Below are positions 1 to 12,605 of a stretch of 64,000 bases of DNA, piece by piece; the stretch's first letter is position 1, and every line of letters begins with the position of its first letter. A program made the translations under genes and the position numbers. Under the pieces are notes generated by a model. The model was not told the origin of the DNA, made no database searches, and saw nothing but the letters and a program-made list of their open reading frames with translations. The DNA is from Mytilus californianus (Eukaryota), in assembly GCF_021869535.1 (NCBI RefSeq), contig NW_026262712.1, positions 38,812,001 through 38,876,000 on the forward strand. The letters are read 5' to 3'.

Positions 1-199
1 GATGAATACTGTCAGTAAGGAAAGACGAACAAGTAAATTTTCCCATTTCCATTCTCAATTTTAAATGAAGTGAACATCTTAATTTGCAATGTCCCATAAA
101 TTACTATGAAACAACATACGGTTATTTTTTAAGATTCTGCGTTTCTGGTGGCTTTAAATCTTTTTTTTTTCTCTAGAAACTAAAATACACAAAAGAAGA

Positions 200-290
200 A
201 CCCACGAACACGTAGCATGTGTAACGGTACCTCAAACCACGGAAATTGATACCCACGAACAAAAGTATTTTTCACGGTAGTACTGCACGT
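200..290. repeat. Remnant of the right end of the same TA-MITE family
   Basis: ccacggaaattgatacccacgaac...ttcacggta resembles ccacgaaaattggtacccacgaga...tccacagta. Confidence 0.45.
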
Positions 291-2174
291 GTGTGACACG
301 AGGGCAAGGAACTCTTGAAAAGAATAGATCAAAACAAGTAGTTTAGGTGAAATTATGTAAATGTGTACTGCTTGAAATGACATATACAGTTCTACAAATA
401 CAAATCAATACAGAGCAATACGAACTCTTGCAAAACATGTCCGGCTAAGGCAGGTGAACGGGAGGATAAGCAGTATACATGTATGTACCACTATTCCTTA
501 TAATCACCATGTTCAAAAAATTTCTATGTAGCCAATTGCAAATCACTAACGATTTAAAAAGTACTCAACGTTTAATTGTAATTACGTTTCTTTTCTTTTT
601 CTTTTTTAGAAAGTATGTTTGGATTAACAATCAGATGTATTGTAAACGCGAAAATTTTCGGGGGAGGGTTATTTTCGTTTGTTTTTCGACAATGTAAGAC
701 TCGCACCTTTTCTACACAACTCCCCCGCATACATATTGCGTAATTATCCATGTTTGCAGTAGGTTAAGCTATTGATATGTTACAAAGAAATCTGTTAAAA
801 CAAGATTATTTTAAATATTGAAGCCTTTAACAGGTCAATTTATTGACCGCTGAAAGAAAATTTGACACAAACAATCTATTTCATCTTACAAAAAAAAGGG
901 GGAATTATCAAGTAAAACAAATCTAATTGTACTTATATAAATCATTTATACAATTCAAAAACACATTTAGAAATAATAAAAGTTGTATGATTTCCTAAAG
1001 GGAAGTTCAATAAACCAACTGCCCTATAGAAACCAAAAGATAAGAATAGAGACATCTATGAGTCGCTACACGGCCTTCGACAATCGCACGAATCAATTCC
1101 GTACTGTAACGTATGATTATAATTCAGATATCACAAAAATTAAACAACTCAAAAGAGAAAACCAACGGCTTGAAGATTCATGCTCAAAACAAACAGAAAC
1201 AAATATTACAAACAGCGTCTAAGCCCCTAAATTATAGAGTTCTTACTTTAGATAGGTCACCAAGAATGTGGCAGGGTTAAACATTATTGTGATTGAGACA
1301 GAAATGTAACAGCACAACATAAGAAAACCCGTAATTATGTTGGAAATGGCTTGACTCACCAGATTGGCCGAAACTTTAAATATACTAATAGTTCACAGCT
1401 GTGTATCAAGGTATATTTAGTTATGTTTCATTTTGTTAAACAAAATCAATGTTAGAACTGATATTGATAATATTACTACAACAGTGGTATATTACATTCT
1501 ACTTTAATAATCAACCACGTGTATATATTCCGGGCGAACAATTCGAAGTAAAGACTAGTGAATCATAGTATTCTTATATGCCTTTCTTCTCCCAGCCAGC
1601 TGTAAGTTTTCACGGAACTGTATGTGATAATCCGAATATTGAACGCTATAACATGTTACTAATATTTGGTATTTTGGTAGCCAATATCATATACAGATGT
1701 ACTGTTTTGTACAAGAGCTTCACAATATCAGGTTTAAATTTATTCAAAATGTAGAAAAATATAACTTTAAATGGCAAAACGTATGATTCCAAACAAGAAA
1801 AATAAACACGTTGTATTGAGATTTTTTTTTACAAACAGGACGATTCAGCATGTACTGAAAGACAATAGTAGAATGATATGGCGCGAATACATGATTCAAA
1901 CAGCAACGTTTTTTTTATTTCAAACAATTCGCACGAGAGGCGCTATGAGTTTACAGAAGATAGTCGACCTCAAATATTTTCAAAATGTCTTTCCCGAATC
2001 ATCGATCATCAGTATTTCTACAAATGATGCCTTATCTTTGTGGTAATTTTGACGAACAAATCATTTTTGCATTTTATTAAAAAACAGTCTTCAACTGCAT
2101 AGTATTCGTTTCTTTCCCTACTAAGTGACATTATGTTGCCTGTCATATGCCAACGAAGGGATTGAATTAATATG

Positions 2175-2784
2175 AATAAAATTGAGAATGGAAATGGGGA
2201 ATATGTCAAAGAGACAACAACCCGACCTAATAGCAGATAAGAACCAAAGGCCACCAATGGGTTTTCAACGCAGCGAGAAAATCCCACACCCGGAGGTAGG
2301 CCTCAGCTGGCCCCTAAATAACAATGTGTACTAGTTCAGTGAAAATGGACGTCATACCAAACTCCAAAACATATAAATGAACTAAAATTAAAAAAACATA
2401 CAAGACAAACAAAGGCCAGAGGCTCCTGACTTGGGACAGGCGCAAAAATGTGGCGGGGTTAAACATGTTTTTTGTTATCTCAACCCTCCCCCTATACCTC
2501 TAGCCTCTATAAATAAACACACAGCAATACGCACAGTAAAACTCAGTTTAAAAGAAGTCCGAGTCCGATGTCAGAACAGGTAACAAAAGAAACTAAGCAA
2601 AATGACAATGATACATACATTAATAAGGACTACTAGCAGTCACTGACATGCCAGCTCCAGACCTCAATTAAACTGATTGTAAGATTATGTCTTCATCATA
2701 TGAATATCAGGCACAATCCCTCCTGTTAGGGGTTAAGTATCATACCATCATAAAATATATGAGAAGAACACAACCCGTATCATG
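2175..2784 (-). mobile_element. 3' tail of lineage-1 element, 5'-truncated copy
   Basis: Reverse complement aligns throughout with ~17310-17925. Confidence 0.85.
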
Positions 2785-5281
2785 GCTCATTATCCTAAAG
2801 CTAGAATGCATAGTTTAGTTTGGTATACCTTAGTTTCGTTAAGTTATAATTTTCGTGTGACTAATTTGCAAAAGAAAAGTATTTTTGAATGTTCTATCCT
2901 TTTTGGATATACTTTCGCTTCCCAGATGAAAATATATTTAGGGCAGGCAAAATGGAATACTTGTATAGCATTTAAATGTAATAAGCTTAGCCACTTAACT
3001 ATTTGAATATTAGTAATATCTAAAAGCTTTTTATCAATTAACAATAAGAATCATGTGAGTTTGATTCACATTCATGTTGATATCTCCAGTAGATATCATG
3101 CTATAATGTAATATGTTTGAGTTGTATTAATAGACAAATCTTTGTCTTATATATATGTGACATTCTGTACATATGATGTCATTTTATCAATATAACCACT
3201 TATTTAAAAATAAATCAACATCCTAGTCTTTATTTCTGCGAAATTTATTCTGTTGCTTATTACGTCCAAACGAAAAAAGAAAACAATATCTTAAAAAGTC
3301 TGTAACATTCAGGTTGGAATGTTATAAGTGATGATGTTATTTTAAGTGTCACCAGCAAGGTAAGAACATCTCGCAAAGACACCCTGATATGAGAGTTATT
3401 AGATTTTTAGAATTTTAACAAAAACACCATGTGAACACGAATTCTGTTAGACATGTTTATAACTTGTGAATGCAACACCCCGAGACCATTTGTCAGGTAG
3501 CTACATGTTATATACTTCGCAGGATTGTTTGCCTTTATATGTAGTTGACCACACCATACTGTCATATTGACTTGACAATTTTATGAGAGTAATGGAACTT
3601 GTACCATCTTTTAACCATGATGAGACTATAAAAAGGCATTGTGACATTCAATTTAATTTCAGATTTATACAGTGCGGGCGGCATTTTGTTAGTGGCGTAT
3701 AAGTCTTGTCAAACTACTGTAAATAAGGAAAGTCTGCAATATTTTCATTAATACGAAAATTGCGAAAGGGTAGATATTGAAAACATAAAAAGTAAGGAGG
3801 CTATATTTCCTGAACTTACAATAAACAGCCCTTGCGTTTTTGTCCATGGTTTAAAAATCTCAATAACCAATGAAGACACTATTTTTGAATTTACAATTAA
3901 AGCTGTACAACGTGATATACAACTATCAACAGGTTTGAAAATTGATTATTATCCATTTATATATTTTAAACTTCTTCTTTTTTTTAAATAGTAAACTAGT
4001 TGAGTTGTTCCATATGCAACGTTTTTTTCAAATGTTAAATCCATTTTCAAGTGATTCGGTAGTTATACATCATCGACAGTTTACGTGTTAGGCATGACCG
4101 TTCCCGATAAAGGTAAATTTAGAAAGGATTTCGGATACAACACATTTATTAATTGGTATTTTCGTTCTTTTGATTTTATAATTAAAATGAAAACTTACCT
4201 TATGAGATTATAAATTACTCACCGTTAATGTAAACAATTTGCTGATAAAATCCTTTAAGAACAGTCAATCTTTAGCAGATGATATTTTATCTTTTATTAT
4301 ACCAGAAGTTTAGGTGTGTGTCCTACTATGTAGACACTATATTTGCACATCAAGAAGATAAATAAATATTAGTCAAAGCAAAACAGACGTTGAAAATAAA
4401 ATAACAAAAAGCAACAAAAATCTCTATGAAACAAAATGAGGGATGAACACATGTATCAAAGAAAGGTAATGATTTCCAGCAGCTAAACAATTGGTATCAA
4501 TCGTGTTATTCATTACAAGAAAATGTGGTGATGTCACGATCGAGGAAGGATTTTGTGTACGACAAGTGGACAATATTCGTGATGATTTTTGTTAAACTTT
4601 TAATAGTACAACTTCAACATAATCATTAGAGAAAATTGAGATCTTTCTTAATTTGTTGTCTTTTTCAAACCGCATTTCTTCTTAGTTTGGCCTCTTCTAA
4701 CAGGGAAATAATAAGTCAGCTAATAAATATCATCTTTTAAGGGTTAAAAAAGGCAATTATAAGATTCCTCTTCTGATGCACTATCAATTTATTCTTAACA
4801 TTTGATACTTTTGTCCATCATTTAACATTTACAGAGATTACGTTTATCATGATAAATAACAAGGAAATTCGTTTACTACATTCCGTTGTTGTTTTACATA
4901 ACTGGTGTGGTTGTGTGATAATCCTACACAATCATGTTGAAATCATAAGACGTAAGATACTACCATCATCACTGCTCATTTGATGTACATTTAATATTCA
5001 TATGCCACCAATGTGCTGTGTTTTTGCCAATTAATATTTTTAAAACCGGTTATATTTTAAGGAGGGACCATTTGCATCAACATTCATATCGATAGATATT
5101 AAAAATTGTTATTATAATATTTTCAAATAAAATGACATTACTTGACATAAGTAGCCAATCTTAACTTACCTAGGTTTATTGAATTGAAGCATGACGGAGG
5201 GTGGAATATGACTGTCTGAACTGTTTGCTCGTTGAATATTCATGTTGTGTATTAAATATCAACCCAATCTGCTTGTAATAG

Positions 5282-5435
5282 TAAAAGTTCAATGATAAGT
5301 CAATATTGATACTAAAAGACCTTCAAACAAAAAGGGATGTTGAGATTCCCAAGCCCGAATGGCGAGTGGATTTGAACAGCCCTTTTTGTTAGGAGGTCTT
5401 TTAATGTCAATATTAACTTAATCATTGAACTTTTA
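5282..5435. repeat. Long imperfect inverted repeat (~60 bp arms, ~33 bp spacer), MITE-like
   Basis: taaaagttcaatgataagtcaatattgatactaaaagaccttcaaacaaaaagggatgtt versus reverse complement taaaagttcaatgattaagttaatattgacattaaaagacctcctaacaaaaagggctgtt. Confidence 0.75.
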
Positions 5436-6374
5436 TTGACTTACAAACCATCGAAAACATAAGAAATGTACGCCTTGCAAAAATCACTTGCAGAAGGCTA
5501 ATTCCCCTGAATTGGACTGAGTCTAAATATATTCAACTTAAATAATAGGGAAACAGTTCTCAGACTGATATATACAAATAACAGTTACCTAATTGCATTG
5601 AAAACGGACCGATTAAATGGCAATACATCATTCATGTCATTTAATTATTTAGTTATTATAAATTTTGTAGCTTTAGAATAACACCATAGGACAGTTATAT
5701 TAAATTTAGGGGTAAATTTATATTTTTGAATTCTAACTTTTGAAAATAATGATTTTTTTATTTTATTAATGAGTAAATTAAAACCCTATACAGACCAATT
5801 AATGTTCTGCACAAGAACTTCTTGTTATATATATTTGATGAGTTTAATCTGTCAGTAATCATGAAATAGATTCGTTAAGACCAGACCATATGAAAACTGT
5901 AAGTAAAATCTTCCAACAATTAGTTATTCAAACAGCTTACTTCACAACTTCTAATCGAACAGACCTAGATCCATAAGGTCCTTCATTATAATCAGGTAAA
6001 TTGGTTTTGATTCTGTAATTCCTACACGACGTAACATGTATATGTAAAAAAAATAGTGATGTCTATTCAGTCAAATTTTATTAATAAATTTTGTTTTGAA
6101 AATATTGTTTACCTTTCTTAGTTTTATAATTACCTGACATTATTATATATTATAAAGCGTAATAAAACAGTAGATTAGAAACCAAGTAAAAAAAAAATAT
6201 TTAAAAACAAAATTTATAGTGTTCCGTCATGTAGGAAATTGCAAAATAAATAACAAATAAAAAAAAAACATAAATCATTTTGCACTATTATTGAGTGCTT
6301 TAAATGGAAATTTTACAGTAGAGCATTGTACAAAATCTTGTCTTCGTGTACTATGTACATGGAATAATTTATGA

Positions 6375-6660
6375 AGTTGATTGATTGTTGTTTGTATTAC
6401 GTCCAGTGGCAAATATGTCATGAATGTTTATGACGAGAACACATACATTTTAAATACAATAGGTAGGTCCTGCAATGAGAGGTCGACAGTGAGGTTGGAC
6501 GTAAAACTTGGAAATACCACTGGAAAATGAGGGTACATTGGGTAAGGACAGAAATATAGCCTTGCTATAACTGGCCACATCCGGACCCTCAAATAATTGG
6601 TGCAAGAGTTTTAAATTTGCAGAGAGAGTTGATCCATGAAATCTACTCTGAAGTTGGCAA
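6375..6660 (-). mobile_element. Degraded SINE-like element (3' tail at the left end)
   Basis: ttgattgattgttg...acgtccagtggcaaatat is the reverse complement of the SINE tail seen at 7545-7575; the same tail occurs at ~9105-9165. Confidence 0.5.
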
Positions 6661-6807
6661 TAGATATTTACGTGCAGTTTCCAATATCATTTAACGTATC
6701 TAATTTAGGTTAGATACTTTTAGCTCGCTTTAGTAATTGTGAGAATTCTGTGAAACTGTTACAGTATTGTTTATTGTAAATGAGTTTTTGGTATGAAATT
6801 CTATACT

Positions 6808-7575
6808 ACCGACCTTCTGGATGGTGTTGTGGGATCGTTTTCGCCTCGAGAGCGGGAGGTCGTAGGTTCGAACCCCGACTGGGTCAACCAAAGTCTTAAC
6901 TATTGGACTTTGCTGTTTCAACGCACAACAAGCGGCATTTAAGAATGCGATCAAAGACTGGTCGGCTCGGAGTCATAAATGTGTCCGGGTAGGGTAACTT
7001 TTCTTCCTCCAAACTGTTATCTAGTGAGCTTATTAATCTGATGAGATAATTAAGCCCTTATCAACTGATTTGTTTTAGTTTGTTCATATTTTATACTGTT
7101 ACCCGCTGTCCGAGGTTAGGGGAGGGTCGGGCGCCCGCTAACATGTTTAACCCCGCCACATTCTGTGTGTGCCTGTCCCAAGTCAGGAGTCTGTAATTCA
7201 GTGGTTGTCGTTTGTTCATGTATATCATATTTGTATTTCGTTTATTGTTTTTTTACATAAATCAGGCCTTTAGTTTTCTCGTTTGAATTGTTTTACAAAT
7301 TTCATTTCGGAGCTATTAATAGCTGTCTATGCGGTATGGGTTTTGCTCATTGTTGGAGGCCGTACGGTGACCTATTGTTAACTTCTATGTCATTTGATCT
7401 CTAGTTGAGAAGTATCTCATTGGCAATTATACCACACCTTCTTATTTGTATATTTATACGTTAAACGTGTCTGTCTAGTACAACGCAGGGTTAATATTCA
7501 TAATATATTTACATGTTCCTGTCCTTAAATGCATTTAATTTGCCGCTGGACGTTAGGCAGCCATCCATTATCATC
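6808..7575 (+). mobile_element. tRNA-derived SINE (central region resembling bivalve Meta-domain SINEs), split by a nested element
   Basis: B-box GGTTCGAACCC at 6865-6875, then caaag...tgctgtttc...gcatttaag...caaagactggtcggctcgg; resumes after ~7455 and ends in the common tail gccgctggacgttaggcagcc. The family name is recalled, not searched. Confidence 0.65.
7097..7450 (+). mobile_element. Non-autonomous interspersed repeat (shared-module type, tail ...cattggcaattataccacaccttctt) nested in the SINE
   Basis: Homologous to 33645-33945 (+), 42515-42900 (-) and 56655-56910 (-). Confidence 0.75.
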
Positions 7576-10502
7576 ATTTATTTTACCGTTACTATATAGT
7601 GAAGTGTTTTTCTCTTACTGGTTTATATTACACCTTCTTTGATATCCACCGATTCAATTGAAAAGGACAGGTGATATTTTACAACCACACACTTGTGTAT
7701 GTTTGGATATCTTGACGGTAAATAATATAAAATTAACTCCGTATTTTTAATCATGGGGCGGTTTTGAGCTTATTATTCTGTATAGTTATCTTTATATTAC
7801 AAAAGACTCTATGTTGATTCTTAATGTTTTGATTTATATGTGTCGTTGGATTGCTGTCGCATTAATGTATATCGTTTTCACTCCTTTTATTCAAAACCAA
7901 AGGATTGACTTGGGTATAGAAATATGGACATCTCATCCAACAGTAAACACTTGCTAAAAGAGTGCGTCCGTTTTGCTCTGCGGATGTATGAATACGACGC
8001 TACGTCCGGTAAAAATAGATATGTCGTATATCAGATACCTCGTGTAGAGAGAGAGTTTCAAGCTTTCTATACATTAAAGAACCATTTGAATAACTCTTTG
8101 AGGGGGAAATGCGATCTACGCACAAGTTAAATGATTGAAATCTTTAAACAACAAGAAAGGTCAGCTAAATCTTCAAATAAGTCGCATGGCTGATTTTAAC
8201 ACATTTGTTTGCGCCTTTTGCAAAGACAAATGAAGATGAAGAAAAACTTTAAATAACAAAACCGACGAGTAAGACAATATCTAGAAAATAAATGAAACAG
8301 CCAAAATAAGTTGAATCCTTATATAAATTGTTGCCCTTTAAAACATGTTTTTATCCATTTTTGCTTTTATGACAACTATACCAGATAAAAATAACTTGAA
8401 ACAACAAATTTTGTTACCTAGGCAAGACTGCCATCGTTGTACGCTTCAATATATGAGTTATTCCCACTTAATGAAGATTTGTTTTCTGTTCTACTCCTCT
8501 CCTAGTTTGGCTTGATAGGATACAATGTAAACCCTGATGTGGACTACTTTATTTAATGTTAAAATTAAATGGAAAGATAAAAATGAGGAAAGAAATTATA
8601 AAATTTACGTTTATTGCAGATCTTCTTGCTATTGGTGGAAAAAAATCTAAAATAAAATCATGAAAATCATAAAACATCCAAAGTCCTTACACTATTTAAT
8701 TATGATTCCATTCTTGTTCTTCAAACATCATATTATAATTCAATCCCATTGTTTGTCGCCCCTTTACCGTCGACATTTGTCTTTTAGGATTGGTACAATT
8801 GAAAATTCGAACTAAAGTTAACATTTATTGAGTTGTTTGTAATATTCAGCTGAATGTTTAGTTACCACCATAAATCTTTTATTGCAGATAAAACCGAATC
8901 GATTTGCAAAAAATATTCGACGTATTCTTCATATGTAGCATCCCCTATTATAGACGTTTTCAAACCTATCCATGTAAAATTCAAATTCAAAAATGTCATT
9001 TCTATTGAAATCCACGCTTAAAAATTCAAATATATAAAAATTGGAAAACGATTTGAGATAATTATGAACGGAAGACTGATGATTATACATCACTTAATGA
9101 AGCTGATTAATTTATGTCTCCCTTAACGTCCAGTGGCAGATATGTCATGCATATTCACGACGAGATGCAAAGTTGATCGACCTGAAGCAAATGTTAACAA
9201 TGTTAGAGTGACACTTTAATAAGACAGCGCGTTGGCTAGAGGTAAAACGTATGCCGTAATAGAATAAAGTTGAACCATGATCAAAATCGCAAGTTAAGCT
9301 ATTAGCCCCCCTCCCTTTTCTTTTTTCGGACAGGTTTGTATTTCCACTCAAATACCGTCTGATTATTGACCGGAGATAATCAGCAAAAAGCACTTTAATT
9401 CTCTGAAATTGTTAATTATGGTATTTGGCTGGTTGTTTTTTCCCGATCTATTTTGGACCCCCTGATTCTAAAGGGCGTGTCTAATTAGTCATGCCCAATT
9501 AACGTTTAGTAAATAGAACCTCAACTTAAAGACCTACACCGGGTTAATAAGTTCGAGGTACAATAAGTAAACAAAAAAGATCCTTAAGTTTATGAAATGA
9601 GAACGTCCTACATGTAGGTATCTTAGAGAATTATTTTGTGTGGAATAACAATGAAAAATGCAAGAACAGGTTTGTAAAAAGCTTTATATATTTTTAAGCA
9701 TCACAGTCTTTAGTTTCCTATGTTGTGTTTTGTGTACTGTTGTTTGTCATTTTGGTCTTTTTCACTTTTTTGTTTTGACATGGCGTTGTCAGTTTATTTT
9801 CGACTGATGAGTTTGAATGTCTTTTTGATATCTTTTGCTCTCTCTTTTGTTATTAAATATTGGATATGTTTTTTACCCCAACCTTTGAAGGTAATACATA
9901 ATCCAGTTATTTGCACTAAAATGCACAAATCATTATTTGCTCATTTCAGTCAAGATGTGAGTTTCTGAGACAAATACATCAACAGTTAGTCTTAACAAAT
10001 AGACCAAGAATTCTGAAGCGAGATGATATTCTCATTTTTGTATTGTTTTTATAAGTTTTAAGTTTGAAAAAAACACGGTTCAAGAGTTCAAAAAAAAAAT
10101 CCTTAAAGATAGCAGTTAAGTTTGTATACCGTAAGCAGGAGTGGTCTACGTAAGACTCTTCAGTTACGCTCGAATCAAGCCAGTTGGAAGGCCAAATAAA
10201 ATATGATGTTGGAGAGGATTTAAAACAAAACATAGAAAACTAAAGACTGAGCAACATGAACCCCAACAAATACTGGGATTGATCTCAGGTACGTTTTCAT
10301 CGTTCCGTCGAATTTTATGAAATATATATTTACGAGAATGCGTCATGAAGATAAACAAGTACTATAACAGTTTACCAAAAAAAAAAAAAACAAAAAAACA
10401 AAAATTGAAAACAACACATTATAAATTTCATGCACCCGAAGCGTTTTTTTCTGCATTTACCTTTGCCTGAGGGAGTTGAAACCTTAGTTTCAAATAATTA
10501 TA

Positions 10503-11099
10503 AAAGGAGTAGGGGCGATAATGCCCTTGTTTGGCCAAAATATTACTGCAAATTAAAAAGTTATTATACATATTCTTAAATATTTCCTAACTAGACTACA
10601 GTACAAGGTATTCGGAAAATAAAAAAACAAATTCTACATTTCACGAGTTACCATGGCAACAAACCATGCCGAAATTTGTATATTTTGTAAAATTTCTGTA
10701 TTTTCCTTGTTTTTTTGTCAAATTTAAGTACATTTTAGATAAGCAAAGTATGTACGCACCCAATAAACAACTTAAACTTAGTTTATATTTGATGATATTA
10801 TGTCAACAATCATAAAAAAGCTTCTCTTAAATTGTTTTGTTGTTTCTTGGCTGCGCACGATGTTTCCGCAATAGAAATAACGATGGAAAACTGCACAAGT
10901 TTTGTATTTTTCATCGTTTTCATGAAAACGGTACATATAATGACGTAAATGTGACGTCATCAGATAAAAAGATCTGATGTTTTTCATTTATATTTCTTGA
11001 CTCTATGTATTACCAAACATTATGTGCCAATTTGGAATGGTTGTCAAACAATTTATTTTCTTGGGCCAAAAACCGGGCCTTAATGCCCCTACCCCTTTT
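10503..11099. mobile_element. MITE-like DNA element with ~35 bp imperfect TIRs
   Basis: aaaggagtaggggcgataatgcccttgtttggccaaaa versus the reverse complement of the right end, aaaggggtaggggcattaaggcccggtttttggcccaa. Confidence 0.6.
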
Positions 11100-11264
11100 T
11101 TAACGGACACTTTTAGAAAGGTTTGTTATAATTTGTATCAGTACCGAAGTACATTTTTGTACTGACTACTGAGCTGAGAATACCCTCGGGGACTGATAGT
11201 ACACCAGCAGAGGTATTGACCCAGTGCTGTAAAAAAAATGAAAACAACACGTTATAAATTTCAT

Positions 11265-11308
11265 GCGTCCGAAGTACTTTTCTGGATTTACCTTCATCAG
11301 GAACGCTC
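11265..11308 (-). ncRNA. Minimal type I hammerhead ribozyme motif, core intact
   Basis: Minus strand GAGCGUUC-CUGAUGA-AGG UAAAU CCA-GAAA-AGUACU-UC/GGACGC: stem I GCGUUC/GGACGC, palindromic stem III AAGUACUU, predicted cut after UUC (11271). The base of stem II is A-A, which is atypical. Confidence 0.7.
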
Positions 11309-12429
11309 AAAGCCGAATAATTGAAAGCCTAGTATGTATAAGAACCTAAAAAGTAAATAAATTATTATATCACTTCTTTGTGTGCATGCAGGGTTGTAAG
11401 AAATATGAAATAGTGTACGCTTTACTTAGACCTGTATATATAAAACTAAAATATTCGGAAAACAGAATACAGGTATGTGTCTATATCTCAAAACTATATA
11501 TAAATTTATACTAACTCATTGTTCTACGTTTTTTTCTGTAAGATTTGAAAGGGGTCCCAAAATGTTATTTTTGTGTTTAAAATTTATCAAGACATGTTTC
11601 GAGGTTTACTAACTAAAATGTGTGATTTAACTTCACTACATTGAAGTAATGGACTATAGAGAGTCATCATGAAGTTTCCCGAATGCCTTCTTACTTTTCT
11701 TTGAAAAACCTAAACCAGTAAACAAAACAGATGTTGGTTTTTTTTTGGCAGTACGCGAAAAAGACATTGTCGATGTAAAACAAAATGTGAGTGAAATTGT
11801 TGAACATTTTGTGACTTTTGTTCTAAAACTTGTATATCATTAATAATAATTTGGAAGTTTGATACAATTTAATTTTACTAAAAAAAAAAATAAATAAACA
11901 GGCCAATTCACGTTGAAAAAAACCAAGCTCATCCAGATACTGTGCATGCCTACTGTATACATCCTTTGTCATTTGCTATCTGGATAATAGTTACATAATA
12001 TATATTATTTAAGTTGTTAGATTATTTATATAGCGGCTGCAAAAAATAAAAGACCTGATAAAATATGTTTACTTTTCCTTATTCACATTTTGCTTTGTAT
12101 GATTATAGAGCATGTAGAACTCTAACCCTACGTAATTTCCTATGCAAACATTTAAACCGCTTTCAGAATTCTGACATGTGACGTATCTAAACTAATTTAC
12201 ACAACAATGGCGTCTGTCAAAACAAAATTATTGTTAACCGCTATAGACAAACATCTGGATATCTGAATTATTTCAAACATGGTATGTACTGTTTACTTTT
12301 GTAAATTCCGTCTTTTCAACTGTAGCGTTATTATGCATGAAAATGTGTAAATAGGAACATCTGTATAATACTAACTTCCATTTATCTTTATTTATGTATA
12401 TACTTTTTAGTCTTCCAGGTAGGTTTGTT

Positions 12430-12605
12430 ATATTTTTGGATATCAAAGCTATAGGCGCCGGACATGGTGCAGGCGGTGTTGCCACGATGTCACAGATGCT
12501 AGGGTTCGAATCCCGCTGAGGGAAGAACACAAATTTGCTAACGCAAATTTGCAGATCTAACACTGTTGGGCTAAATTTGAGACGAATTATATATATCAAC
12601 CTTGA
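12430..12605 (+). mobile_element. tRNA-derived SINE
   Basis: B-box GGTTCGAATCCC at 12503-12514 in a GC-rich head followed by non-tRNA sequence. Confidence 0.6.

Noticed and set aside
6808-6880. tRNA genes at B-box matches (also 12503)
   Set aside because: No complete cloverleaf or acceptor stem; both continue into SINE body sequence.
7924-8130. 68-aa ORF with protein-like composition
   Set aside because: No recognisable motif or convincing splice context; cannot be distinguished from chance or decayed repeat.
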